Source of the DNA: a virus
Taxonomy: Duplodnaviria > Caudoviricetes
Direction: 5' to 3' (one strand)
Virus record (IMG/VR): IMGVR_UViG_3300011921_000006
Span: 1-63,281 of that record
Length of the DNA: 63,281 nucleotides
The notes beneath the pieces were generated by a model that made no database searches, was not told where the DNA came from, and saw only the letters and a list, made by a program, of their open reading frames with translations. Positions 21,201 through 29,006 of this stretch are shown piece by piece. The position numbers were made by a program, and so were the translations under genes. The stretch's first letter is position 1. Every line of letters starts with the position of its first letter.

Positions 21201-23532
21201 TCTGTACAATATCTAAATTTTTTGTTCTTTCTAATGCAAATGTGTTTCGTTTACTTAATTCTTTAAATCTGGGATCTGTCTGCAGTTGCTTCATTAGAAG
21301 AACTGGATTTTCAGCATTTTCAAGTAAGGACTGCATCTTTAAAATGTACTTACGATCATCAAAATTAATTGGTGAGTCAGACTTTGATGTTACTTGCAAT
21401 ACAGAATCTGGATGATTTTGTAATTTAAAATTAGTTGTTTTTCCAGATGGTGCCCCATCAGAATTCATTGTGTAAAGAGTTTTTAATGCATCGGTACTGG
21501 CTAAACGAGGTGTTGCAAAACTAAACAACGAGGAAGGAACACCTTGCTCAGCAAACAAAGCACCAAGTAACTGATGTGGAGTCATTTCTGTACGCAATGG
21601 CTTTACATCGCGTTTAATATCAGCCTCAATCATTCGTTGCTCAGACGCTCGCATATTGCTTACTAAATCTGAACCGGCACCAGATGAAACACCAACTGTT
21701 CGACCACTGTCGTATCCTTCTACGCCAGTATCTCCATACATCATTCTTAATGCTTCAGTTGTGTAATATGGAGCACGTTTTTGGGCAGCAGAAGTATAGT
21801 TGTTATTTTGCTCGTCTATTTGTGCTGCTTGCATGTCTTTTACGTAAGCGGCTTCACGTCCAGCAAAATTTGGTTCTGTAATTTGACGCAATGTAGCAGC
21901 AATGTCAAATTGTCCACCAAAACGCCTAGCCACAATATCGTTGCCCATAGCTTCATTGAAACTAAAAGCTTTACCCATATTGCGACGCTCGTACATGTCG
22001 GCAACATCCATGTAAATAGAATCAACTATGTTTCTACGTACAGTATTAGATTCAGTCCAATCAACTGAAGAAACGCCTTCAGGTTGTGGCATTGCAAGCG
22101 GACCTAAAACATTAGTTGCGACGTCACGTGCTGCAACAAATGCTGGTGCACTACCACGAGACATATTGGTAAGAACTTTTTTTGCAACACCACTAACCGA
22201 TTTATTAATTCCTGTATAAACAGCATCAAACCGACGTGTTTTAGTTCGTTCTGAACGATCTTTTTGTGATCCAAATTTAGTAGCAAAAATAGAATTTTCA
22301 TCACTACTCATTGCGTCCATCAACGCAGGTGATACATCGTAAACATCTTGCGGACGATAATCTGGATCACCCGCTAATTTAAATAAATCAACTGCGTCAT
22401 TAAATGTTTCTGTGCTATGCTTTGAACCCGGTTTAGATCCACGGTCAAAATAGTCAGCAATTGCAGCAAGTCCATCGTTTAGTATTCGCTTTTGCCCATC
22501 AGTACGCGCATTGCCTTGGAACGTATTGTATGCTTCAAGCACCTTATATATCGGGCTATTTCTATCAGCATCAGTAGCGCCGTTAAAAACACGCCTAGCT
22601 GCTTCAGGCAAACTTACACCAGCTGTTACAGAAGATTTTAGTTTGCCAACCATTGTCATAGTTGGTAGTTCATTTCCTTGGAAGGAAGCTAATAAACCTT
22701 CACTATCTAAGTTAGCAGTAAAGTTGTTTGACCGAGGTTGATTTGCAGTGGGGTTATCTCGTGTTTCAAATTTTTGTTGTGGGTTTGCTCCCGGTAGAAA
22801 ATCCTTTGCAGTTCCAAATTTCTTTTCACCCGGTGTAAATGGTTTATCAAAAAAATCTACTGCTTGACGCAAATTTCCTTGTTCGTCTAATAGATCTTGA
22901 CCACCAACTGGAGGAGCTTCTGCTACCTCTTGTTGTGCAGGCCTTGCACCCTTACCCATCCACTGACCTAGAGATGGTGATGGTGCTGCTTCTTGGACTG
23001 GTCTACGTGCAGCCATTCCCTGCTCAAGTTGTTGGCTTAAACCTGCTTCTTCTCCAGCAGCAATTCTATTTTGCGCTGCACGATATTCTTCTTCTTCTTC
23101 AGGAGTACGTGGAGTTTGTACATCTAACTCACGTGGTTTTCCAGATCCATATCGTTGTAAAAACGCATTTGAAATATCTCCTGCCTCGCCGGTATATTCA
23201 CGTCCTACTTGACCTGCTGCAGTACTTGGACCGGGTGCAAATATCCCGCTCTTTTCTGGCCTTACATCTCGTATTGGTAAATTAGCCCCTGCAAATGATT
23301 TAGATAAATCACCTACATCAACAAGTGGTTTTTCTGGCGTAGTACTTTCAAGGCGTTTATTGTAATCAGTTAAACGAGTCTTTAACTCATTTGCTTCTTT
23401 GGCCTCTGCATCTTCAGTCATTTGTTTTACTGTGTTTGACACAGGTTTACGAACTGTTTTGGTTGGACGCACAACTTGTCGCCCAGCTTTCTTCTCTTCG
23501 TCAACCATCATGTTCATTAATGCAGAGGCCAT
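18271..23532 (-). CDS. Large hypothetical protein, possibly internal virion protein
   Basis: 1753 aa, AGGAG RBS, disordered N-terminus, C-terminal coiled coil, no Cys seen. Confidence 0.85.
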   Translation of the reverse strand: MASALMNMMVDEEKKAGRQVVRPTKTVRKPVSNTVKQMTEDAEAKEANELKTRLTDYNKRLESTTPEKPLVDVGDLSKSFAGANLPIRDVRPEKSGIFAPGPSTAAGQVGREYTGEAGDISNAFLQRYGSGKPRELDVQTPRTPEEEEEYRAAQNRIAAGEEAGLSQQLEQGMAARRPVQEAAPSPSLGQWMGKGARPAQQEVAEAPPVGGQDLLDEQGNLRQAVDFFDKPFTPGEKKFGTAKDFLPGANPQQKFETRDNPTANQPRSNNFTANLDSEGLLASFQGNELPTMTMVGKLKSSVTAGVSLPEAARRVFNGATDADRNSPIYKVLEAYNTFQGNARTDGQKRILNDGLAAIADYFDRGSKPGSKHSTETFNDAVDLFKLAGDPDYRPQDVYDVSPALMDAMSSDENSIFATKFGSQKDRSERTKTRRFDAVYTGINKSVSGVAKKVLTNMSRGSAPAFVAARDVATNVLGPLAMPQPEGVSSVDWTESNTVRRNIVDSIYMDVADMYERRNMGKAFSFNEAMGNDIVARRFGGQFDIAATLRQITEPNFAGREAAYVKDMQAAQIDEQNNNYTSAAQKRAPYYTTEALRMMYGDTGVEGYDSGRTVGVSSGAGSDLVSNMRASEQRMIEADIKRDVKPLRTEMTPHQLLGALFAEQGVPSSLFSFATPRLASTDALKTLYTMNSDGAPSGKTTNFKLQNHPDSVLQVTSKSDSPINFDDRKYILKMQSLLENAENPVLLMKQLQTDPRFKELSKRNTFALERTKNLDIVQNEFGDMSRGARVVSGSQSSLETMADVVSDLKQLMRIPADENGVLYVDKAGAEMYDTAKAMQTRLKTNLDMYAKRGDEYTLTSSKASADFPSVLTPEQYSSLRGALSQLNSLVTSADDIRLQVGGVGVSTGFQLKGDGTPDFMRPRQVSGPARLDQTLDMLDHWASGGSEMNFKKLFSGINLVEGGRQSTRSTVQLMPVDVNGRTINDKNLIKSYDVDPKTGTANVQQFQLKDGRYVPVIGEDGKPKTVKVRTNQQTERVGVSTVATQSASQGKYGLPSNYVVSSFNQFHSELNTAFKNFPEAVDSFAKYVLFTGDQDVIKQLGETGITQQELQRVVTNMSRRQGSALHSILEIARGRDFKPDSRAPGTMNGTSGPRSSESRLERDVINKVDAGDRRAAEDIIIQNHKTKIQSAFATARNMYLQEGSGIDKESQITRIVKSVLEDRTGDSDITPELRPAFEQAVKDQVTSLVYEDKNNSRARMSFMDAVYGYAGDVVAEQAEAGNVRSAPNVKGAGVDIGEGKGRIADRKTSQKNLVSTAITDAMNLVSFGADSKARKSLIASKSTFAQGIDMAIKNFESATTPEAKNNALSDLVKRIATARNNGINMPTTADGVASSGGRLPGFDINIAELDLSPAQKRKLDMTRKRVLLRQAKLGIKTEDKTDDSPTTIDTTREQRPRQTAVAPKPQSVDYTKMSSGDISQMATKVIREIKQLNTQLGTAKETLQQLRGVKPAKANVDAHLKQIAEVEKNIKTLQLQVDGKQGDRQELVGEISKAKVREEQVAQQEAKTQGKRQRVKINNALGLTISNADMHPGYIDVLESANTVFNRNGKVMTKADAVKVLMKAGLSENSATGLLTEVNSSKGESAGFNRGQLDKKYAVVAQDKAKFVAMGTRIANGLFKSDAELTQQRAAFKPTSKTPAPIATQKPVVAPVKPQSRADAMRSRMRSSTGKAPAGFATLLGIGKALYETQKKDN

Positions 23533-23541
23533 AGATCTCTC

Positions 23542-24201
23542 CTACTTCTTAATGCCAAGCGCCTTCGTAATTGGCGCACGGCTAGGTCCAGCTTTTGCTG
23601 TAGATGTTTTACCAGCAGTACCCTTAGACATCACGCCTTTTTTAGGTGGCATGACAGACTGTGCAGATGTAGCTCGCCCTAGTTGATCAAACATCCGTCC
23701 TTGGCGTTGACCAATAATCTGTTCACGATTACCGGGAATCATTGGAGATGGAGCGCCTTGTGTGCGAGTCTGCGATTTAGCTATGTTGATAGCTGGTTCA
23801 CTTATTCTTTGGTTTTCTGCAAGTGCTTGAGCAATGCCTAATCCTGCACCAATTGCTCCACCCTTACGTACACCACCACGCACTCGGTTGCGCATAGCTG
23901 TGCGACGTTGTTCAGCTCGGAACTGATTTGTTTTGCGTGTATTCAACATCTGCTGACGCATCTTCCCAGCCATGTTTGCCTGTCGCTTATTTTCATCAGA
24001 TGCCAAAGCCATGCCTTGAACAGCTTTATTTTTTGTTACTTGTGCAACATTTTGTTTTGAAACACTATCACTAATTGTTGGGTCCATACGAAATGATTTT
24101 CGAGTCCAACTTCCCGCAGATTTTACACGACGTGCTTGCGGAACACCTGCACGTTTACCAAATGCGAGTGCCTTATTGACTACAGGGGGTCTTGCTGGCA
24201 T
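23542..24201 (-). CDS. Very basic K/R/Q-rich protein
   Basis: 219 aa, GGAGG RBS. Confidence 0.75.
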   Translation of the reverse strand: MPARPPVVNKALAFGKRAGVPQARRVKSAGSWTRKSFRMDPTISDSVSKQNVAQVTKNKAVQGMALASDENKRQANMAGKMRQQMLNTRKTNQFRAEQRRTAMRNRVRGGVRKGGAIGAGLGIAQALAENQRISEPAINIAKSQTRTQGAPSPMIPGNREQIIGQRQGRMFDQLGRATSAQSVMPPKKGVMSKGTAGKTSTAKAGPSRAPITKALGIKK

Positions 24202-24210
24202 ATTTGCCTC

Positions 24211-24366
24211 CTACTTAACTTGTCGTAAGCGTGGATTTTTCCGTTTAGCCGACTCGGACGCCTTACGTGTTGAGGCAGCAAGAATAGCTCCAGCTGCTCG
24301 TTGGCTAACTCCTTGCTGTTTAGCAATTTTCTCTTGTACAGCCTTAAAGCCCGGATGTTTTTTCAA
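24211..24366 (-). CDS. Small basic protein
   Basis: KKHPGFKAVQEKIA...GAILAASTRKAS; probable TTG start overlapping upstream TGA. Confidence 0.65.
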   Translation of the reverse strand: MKKHPGFKAVQEKIAKQQGVSQRAAGAILAASTRKASESAKRKNPRLRQVK

Positions 24367-24566
24367 TATTTGCAACCACAATTTGTTTTTCCGCACTTAG
24401 GGCATTTTTTACCCTTGTCGTATTCAGCTTTTTCATGCTTTGCCATCATTTTAGCTGGCATGCCTTTTTTGCTATATTCTTGCTTTTCAGCTTTAGCCAT
24501 AGACTTACTCATCCCTGAGTGTCCACCGATTTTCATGCCCATCATTTGGCCCATAGTTTTACGCAT
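24363..24566 (-). CDS. Small K/M-rich protein with C-terminal CPKCG...CGC
   Basis: 67 aa from TAATG overlap. Confidence 0.65.
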   Translation of the reverse strand: MRKTMGQMMGMKIGGHSGMSKSMAKAEKQEYSKKGMPAKMMAKHEKAEYDKGKKCPKCGKTNCGCKY

Positions 24567-24814
24567 TAGCAGTTCCACGCTCTCAATGATTTATTAATCC
24601 TACTATTAGGATCATTCGCTGTTTTAGAAGACGTATTTTTCTTCTTCATACCAGACATACGCGCACAAAAAGAGGCACGACGCCCTGCGTCTGCCTTTGT
24701 CTTAGGGTTTGGTGCTGGTGGTTTTAAGTTAGCTCCTGTTTTGCGCTTAAAATGTGCGCGTCCAGCAGCATTTAATCCGCCTGATGGATTTTGATATTTT
24801 TTAACAACTCCCAT
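24566..24814 (-). CDS. Small basic conserved phage protein (DUF6321-like)
   Basis: GGLNAAGRA...RRASFCARMSG...DPNSRINKSLRAWNC; GAGGTG RBS; family from recall. Confidence 0.7.
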   Translation of the reverse strand: MGVVKKYQNPSGGLNAAGRAHFKRKTGANLKPPAPNPKTKADAGRRASFCARMSGMKKKNTSSKTANDPNSRINKSLRAWNC

Positions 24815-24839
24815 TTGATCACCTCTATGCATTATACAT

Positions 24840-24864
24840 AAAAAAAGTCCGCATATAGCGGACT
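24840..24864 (-). terminator. Intrinsic terminator after ssb, directly followed by a TATAAT box (24831-24836)
   Basis: AGTCCGC-TATAT-GCGGACT then T tract on minus strand. Confidence 0.7.
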
Positions 24865-24870
24865 CTTACG

Positions 24871-25278
24871 TTAGTCATCTGCAAACGGGTCATCTATATC
24901 ATCTACTTTTAGTTGACCAGCTGGCTTAGGATTTGGTGGGTTATTATTTAATCTACTTTCAATCTCTTCTTTCTTACTGTCTAGGAGTTGCCAGTTGTCA
25001 ATAATGATTTTAACCGTTTGTTGCTTTGCGCCTTCTTTATTTACGTATTGTTCAAGTTGTATTTTTCCAACAATACCAAGTAAACGACCTTTAGTTGCGT
25101 ATTCAGCAAGTGCATCACCACCTTGACCAAACGCAACACATGTAAAGAAATCCGTTTCCTTCTCTCTACCTTTGCGATCTACTGCAAGCCTCACATTGCA
25201 AATGGATTTTCCATTAGGTGTTTGACGAGACTCTGCATCTGCAACTAAACGACCAACAATGGTGCACTGATTAATCAT
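24871..25278 (-). CDS. ssb: Single-stranded DNA-binding protein
   Basis: MINQCTIVGRLVADAE, LAVDR, ETDFFTC, KGRL..I.G; acidic tail DDIDDPF. Confidence 0.95.
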   Translation of the reverse strand: MINQCTIVGRLVADAESRQTPNGKSICNVRLAVDRKGREKETDFFTCVAFGQGGDALAEYATKGRLLGIVGKIQLEQYVNKEGAKQQTVKIIIDNWQLLDSKKEEIESRLNNNPPNPKPAGQLKVDDIDDPFADD

Positions 25279-25918
25279 TATTTTCTCCTAAGTGGTACTT
25301 CTCAAACGCTTTTGTGGTATTTGGAAGCACTTTACACAAAACATTCCAACAGTCTGTGGCAATTTCACGATGTTCTTGCTGGGTGTGATTGTCCATGCGC
25401 ACTCTACAATAGTGCAACCAGTCTCTGACAGTACCCTTCATGTACATCCTTGTGCCCACACACAATGGAAGCACCATCCTAGCGGACTCTAGTGCAACTC
25501 CATGCCTTACAAGGTCGTCATACGCCCTTATTGCAACCAATACTGGAGCAAGAGCTTTGTTGTCCATCTGAAACTGAGTCTCTTGATCGTCAAACTTTAA
25601 ACTGCTCTGGCGATTTGTGCTACCTTTACGGCGCATCACTGGAAGGTCCAGTTCAATTTTGCTTGGATTAGCATAACGTTGGCTAAATTCTTGGAAGTAA
25701 AAACTTCTATGACGCAATATTTGTGCTGCAATTGCCCTAGATGTATAGATTTCCATGACTACATCAGACATTTGAAACACAGACCAGTGCTCTTTTTTCA
25801 TGCAGTAATTAAGTAAATTGATGTAATCAGGATTATCTTCATTATCTGATGATACACGTGCAAGATGAACCATGAATTCTTCAGCATCTGGCTGAATATA
25901 TTTAAGTGTAGCTGCCAT
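25271..25918 (-). CDS. thyX: Flavin-dependent thymidylate synthase
   Basis: ARVS, EHWSVF, QILRHRSFYFQEFSQRY (RHRx7S), ESARMVLP; GGAGGA RBS before ATG 25918. Confidence 0.95.
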   Translation of the reverse strand: MAATLKYIQPDAEEFMVHLARVSSDNEDNPDYINLLNYCMKKEHWSVFQMSDVVMEIYTSRAIAAQILRHRSFYFQEFSQRYANPSKIELDLPVMRRKGSTNRQSSLKFDDQETQFQMDNKALAPVLVAIRAYDDLVRHGVALESARMVLPLCVGTRMYMKGTVRDWLHYCRVRMDNHTQQEHREIATDCWNVLCKVLPNTTKAFEKYHLGENND

Positions 25919-25928
25919 CTTTCCTCCA

Positions 25929-26009
25929 TACCCCAAACGGGACTTGAACCCGTACACCTTGCGGTAACAGATTTTAAGTCTGTCGTGTCTGCCATTCCAC
26001 CACCGGGGC
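25929..26009 (-). tRNA. tRNA-Leu (TAA), CCA not encoded
   Basis: GCCCCGG acceptor, ACAGA-CTTAAAA-TCTGT anticodon arm, variable arm ACC-GCAA-GGT, ACGGG-TTCAAGT-CCCGT T arm. Confidence 0.92.
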
Positions 26010-26034
26010 TAATGCTGCATTGTATCACAATGTA

Positions 26035-26292
26035 TTACATGACAGACCTATCGCTATTGCGTTTAAATGATCTATTTGCTGATGGGCTTTTTAAAATCAA
26101 GTTACTCATTGAGTTAGAACCACCTTTTGATAATGGTTTTTTGTGGTCTATGTCTTTACCAACTCGATTAATACCTTTGGCATCCATTGTTCTGCGAGCG
26201 CGTTGTCTATCCATGCGTAATGGATGTTCACCACGGGCTTTTTGCTGTGCATATTCTTTCTTGTATGGCCTAGCTTTATTTACGTACGGCAT
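26035..26292 (-). CDS. HNH endonuclease
   Basis: DIDHKKPLSKGGSN..SNL......ANRS. Confidence 0.85.
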   Translation of the reverse strand: MPYVNKARPYKKEYAQQKARGEHPLRMDRQRARRTMDAKGINRVGKDIDHKKPLSKGGSNSMSNLILKSPSANRSFKRNSDRSVM

Positions 26293-26678
26293 TATCTATG
26301 CCTTGCAGCTTTCTGTGCAACAGTGCGTGGCTGTGCTACAAACTGTTTACCTGCCTTATTACCAGCAGCCTTAGCTCTATTGGTAGAAGCTATTTCACTT
26401 TTAGTCAGTGATCCCCATGCCTTGTCTGGCAAATATCGTTTGGTTCCCTTACTGGGAGTCCCATCGCTAGTGCGCCATTTTTGATCCGTCCACTTTGACA
26501 AACTATTTTCACTAGACTTAGGTCCTACGTATCCACCACCTGATTTCTTATACTGTTGTGTGGCAAGCTGGGCTTTACGAGCTGACCATTCACCGGGATC
26601 TCCGCCCTTAGTGCCAGCTTTAACTCTAGATACAATTGACTTCCACTTACTAGGATTAGTTTTTGTTGCGCTAGGCAT
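26292..26678 (-). CDS. Basic conserved phage protein (DUF5872-like)
   Basis: GEWSARKAQLA...YKKSGGGY, LSKWTDQKW, RYLP; family from recall. Confidence 0.7.
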   Translation of the reverse strand: MPSATKTNPSKWKSIVSRVKAGTKGGDPGEWSARKAQLATQQYKKSGGGYVGPKSSENSLSKWTDQKWRTSDGTPSKGTKRYLPDKAWGSLTKSEIASTNRAKAAGNKAGKQFVAQPRTVAQKAARHR

Positions 26679-26904
26679 CTTTATCTCCTTTGTGCTCTAC
26701 GATCTCAATTCCATCTAACTGAGAAAGCCTCCATATTGCGTAATACTTTTTGATGCTATTTTCATCTAACTCATCATCAGATATATTGCGTTCATCGCAC
26801 CAGTCACGAAAATTTAAATAACTTCCGTAGTCAGAAATTTTTTGATAGATGAACATAATGCCACTAGCAATTATAATTCCTACAAGGATTGACTCAATCT
26901 GCAT
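26671..26904 (-). CDS. Small membrane-anchored protein
   Basis: 77 aa, N-terminal hydrophobic helix. Confidence 0.6.
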   Translation of the reverse strand: MQIESILVGIIIASGIMFIYQKISDYGSYLNFRDWCDERNISDDELDENSIKKYYAIWRLSQLDGIEIVEHKGDKDA

Positions 26905-26906
26905 TG

Positions 26907-27803
26907 CTAAATCTCCAATGTGTCAACGACTACAACACCGGCTCCATGCCCTCTAGTAGCATGAGGTTTACTGACCGTAAGGTTTAACATGAGACCACCT
27001 TTTGGTAAAGATGGGCTATCCCACAATGCCGCATATGAATCTTTTCTGCCATTCTTAATTAGATCAGCACTCGTTGTTCCTTTATAGGTATCAAAGTAAG
27101 ATCCAGTTCTAAGAGTAAGCACATCACGTGTTTGCACACGGTTTTCCAAATTAACAATGCTCTTATTAAAGACAACCTTGTTATCTCTTCCAGCTTGCCT
27201 GTGATGAGTATGTCCACGCCATATGGCATCTGCACCCTCAATCCACATAGCAGCCCGTGAGAAAGTAATGGCGCCCTTGGTAACAGGTGCTGCACCACCA
27301 GCTCCGTGATGATAGTGGATTACGTAGTGTCCTGCGCGAGCACGTTCCGTATATGGACGCATCTGTATGTGGATGAAACCGTGATATCCACCGTATTGAA
27401 TTTTGCCCTCAGTTCCGTTAAGTAATACAACAAGTTGTTTAACTGGTTCTATATGGTGATATCGAGCAACGCTATCGTCATGATTTCCATCGCCAAGCAT
27501 AATGATGTCATCTTTATATGGTGCTAGTATGTCGTAAGCCCAGCGAATGCTCTCACCTAGCATGTCATCACCAGCGCTATACATCCGGGGATGTAAATTA
27601 TTAGCCCGGTATCTTTTACGATCACCGGGCATAATGGCGTCAAAAATGTCACCATTGACAAGTATTTTAGCTCCACGCTTTTTAGCTGTAGCCAGCTCTT
27701 TTTCAATTAAATTGTAATCAACATGTAAACCGCCAATATGAAGATCACTCATTAAACATAAATTCAACTCAGGTGTGTCAACGCAGTAGTCAATAACTGT
27801 CAT
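26907..27803 (-). CDS. Calcineurin-like metallophosphoesterase
   Basis: SDLH, NGDIFD, GNHD, HHG, GHTH motifs; GGAGGA RBS before ATG 27803. Confidence 0.9.
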   Translation of the reverse strand: MTVIDYCVDTPELNLCLMSDLHIGGLHVDYNLIEKELATAKKRGAKILVNGDIFDAIMPGDRKRYRANNLHPRMYSAGDDMLGESIRWAYDILAPYKDDIIMLGDGNHDDSVARYHHIEPVKQLVVLLNGTEGKIQYGGYHGFIHIQMRPYTERARAGHYVIHYHHGAGGAAPVTKGAITFSRAAMWIEGADAIWRGHTHHRQAGRDNKVVFNKSIVNLENRVQTRDVLTLRTGSYFDTYKGTTSADLIKNGRKDSYAALWDSPSLPKGGLMLNLTVSKPHATRGHGAGVVVVDTLEI

Positions 27804-27841
27804 TTGTTGTCCTCCACTATCAACATTAATATCAGTATAGC

Positions 27842-27880
27842 AACAATTAAGACCAGCGTGGCTGACTGGTCTTAATTGTT
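27842..27880. terminator. Perfect 15-bp hairpin, probable terminator
   Basis: AACAATTAAGACCAG-9nt-CTGGTCTTAATTGTT. Confidence 0.6.
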
Positions 27881-27884
27881 TGCA

Positions 27885-28029
27885 GAGTCCGAATTTGTCG
27901 GGCAAGAAGGGAGGTTTCTAGCCTTTCAAAGCTCACCTCTCGGTGGCAAAAATATAATACCACCCTCCGGTAGAAAGAGTAAGGGCCGGAGAGTGGCATC
28001 ATCCCCAGAGCTTTTGCATACATGGGGGA
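27885..28029 (-). ncRNA. Candidate structured RNA trailing tRNA-Asn
   Basis: Intergenic run of hairpins including a 14-bp stem (27957-27970/27986-27999). Confidence 0.4.
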
Positions 28030-28101
28030 CTCCTACTGCTGGGATCGAACCAGCGGCCGTCCGGTTAACAGCCGGATGCTCTACCGCTGAGCTAAGTAGG
28101 A
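28030..28101 (-). tRNA. tRNA-Asn (GTT), CCA not encoded
   Basis: TCCTACT/AGTAGGA acceptor, GCTC/GAGC D arm, TCCGG-CTGTTAA-CCGGA, GCTGG-TTCGATC-CCAGC. Confidence 0.95.
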
Positions 28102-28108
28102 TGGCAAA

Positions 28109-28549
28109 CTATTCTATGGCTCCTTTGAGCCACTGGCTGTGTCGATCTGGGAGAGGTAGTTCAGATAGTGTGTGATTGCACTTCTTACAAACCAACTCCG
28201 ATTCCGTTTCCCGGCATAGCTCTCTACTTTTGCTAACATCTCCGGATCCAGCCTTATCACCAACATACTCGGATAGTTTTTGGGACGTATCCGTCGATTG
28301 TCGCTTTTCATCATGTGCCCCCGGCGTCAAGTTGTAACATACAGTTTTGACAGTATCTGCATATTTTGCATTCCTTGTCACTGCGTATGCTAAAAACCAA
28401 AGCGCCTTTAATACATCCTCGTCATACTTAGATCCATCTTTTTTACCAGCTCTAGCAATGTACGCTGTAGCAGTAAACAGATATCGATCTAAATCCCAAG
28501 CGTCAGCTGCGTGAACAGGCTGTAACTCGCTATCGTTGTAATACGCCAT
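28109..28549 (-). CDS. DUF3310-like protein with C-terminal extension
   Basis: AYIARAGKK....EDVLKALWFL; GGGAG RBS before MAYY. Confidence 0.7.
   Translation of the reverse strand: MAYYNDSELQPVHAADAWDLDRYLFTATAYIARAGKKDGSKYDEDVLKALWFLAYAVTRNAKYADTVKTVCYNLTPGAHDEKRQSTDTSQKLSEYVGDKAGSGDVSKSRELCRETESELVCKKCNHTLSELPLPDRHSQWLKGAIE
28114..28314 (-). CDS. Ribbon-helix-helix DNA-binding protein (Arc/CopG-like), nested in another frame
   Basis: LVIRLDPEMLAKVESYAGKRNRSWFVRSAITHYL fits the RHH pattern. Confidence 0.7.
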   Translation of the reverse strand: MMKSDNRRIRPKNYPSMLVIRLDPEMLAKVESYAGKRNRSWFVRSAITHYLNYLSQIDTASGSKEP

Positions 28550-28550
28550 A

Positions 28551-29006
28551 CTATACTCCCGTAGATCCAAATCCACCAGAGCCTCGTGAAGTCTCAAACA
28601 AAGATAGTGACTCTACTACCAATGGCTCACACATACACACAGGAGCAATCACGAGTTGCGCTATGCGCATTCCCGGCACAAACACAAACGTGTCAGAACT
28701 CATATTCTTGATGATAACTTTAATCTCACCAGTGTAATCTGCATCAATGGTGCCGGGGCTATTTAAGACCACTATGCCGTGTTTAAAAGCCATTCCGCTA
28801 CGAGTACGCACCTGAGCCTCAAAACCTTCGTGTAGCTTAATTTTCATGCCCGTAGGCACTAACACGATTTGGTCAGGACGAACAGGCATAGTCTTGTCAC
28901 CGATGTACTGCAGATCTATGCCTGACGCTTGTTTTGTAGCGCGATGTGGATCGAATAGATACTCACTAGTGCTACTACCGCAATAAACAATCTCAAGGTG
29001 TGTCAA
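28551..29006 (-). CDS. dut: Trimeric dUTPase
   Basis: GIDL, RSG, GTIDADYTGEI, RIAQLV, RGSGGFGSTG. Confidence 0.97.
   Translation of the reverse strand: MTHLEIVYCGSSTSEYLFDPHRATKQASGIDLQYIGDKTMPVRPDQIVLVPTGMKIKLHEGFEAQVRTRSGMAFKHGIVVLNSPGTIDADYTGEIKVIIKNMSSDTFVFVPGMRIAQLVIAPVCMCEPLVVESLSLFETSRGSGGFGSTGV

Noticed and set aside
25865-26374. ORFs 25865..26374, 25798..26028, 27876..28175 and the extended thyX start at 25957
   Set aside because: They run through tRNA genes; a better RBS-supported thyX start exists at 25918.
27885-28029. Theta (HDV-like) ribozyme, tmRNA or third tRNA after tRNA-Asn
   Set aside because: Could not build the nested double pseudoknot, a tag ORF or a T-arm by eye; a covariance search is still advisable.
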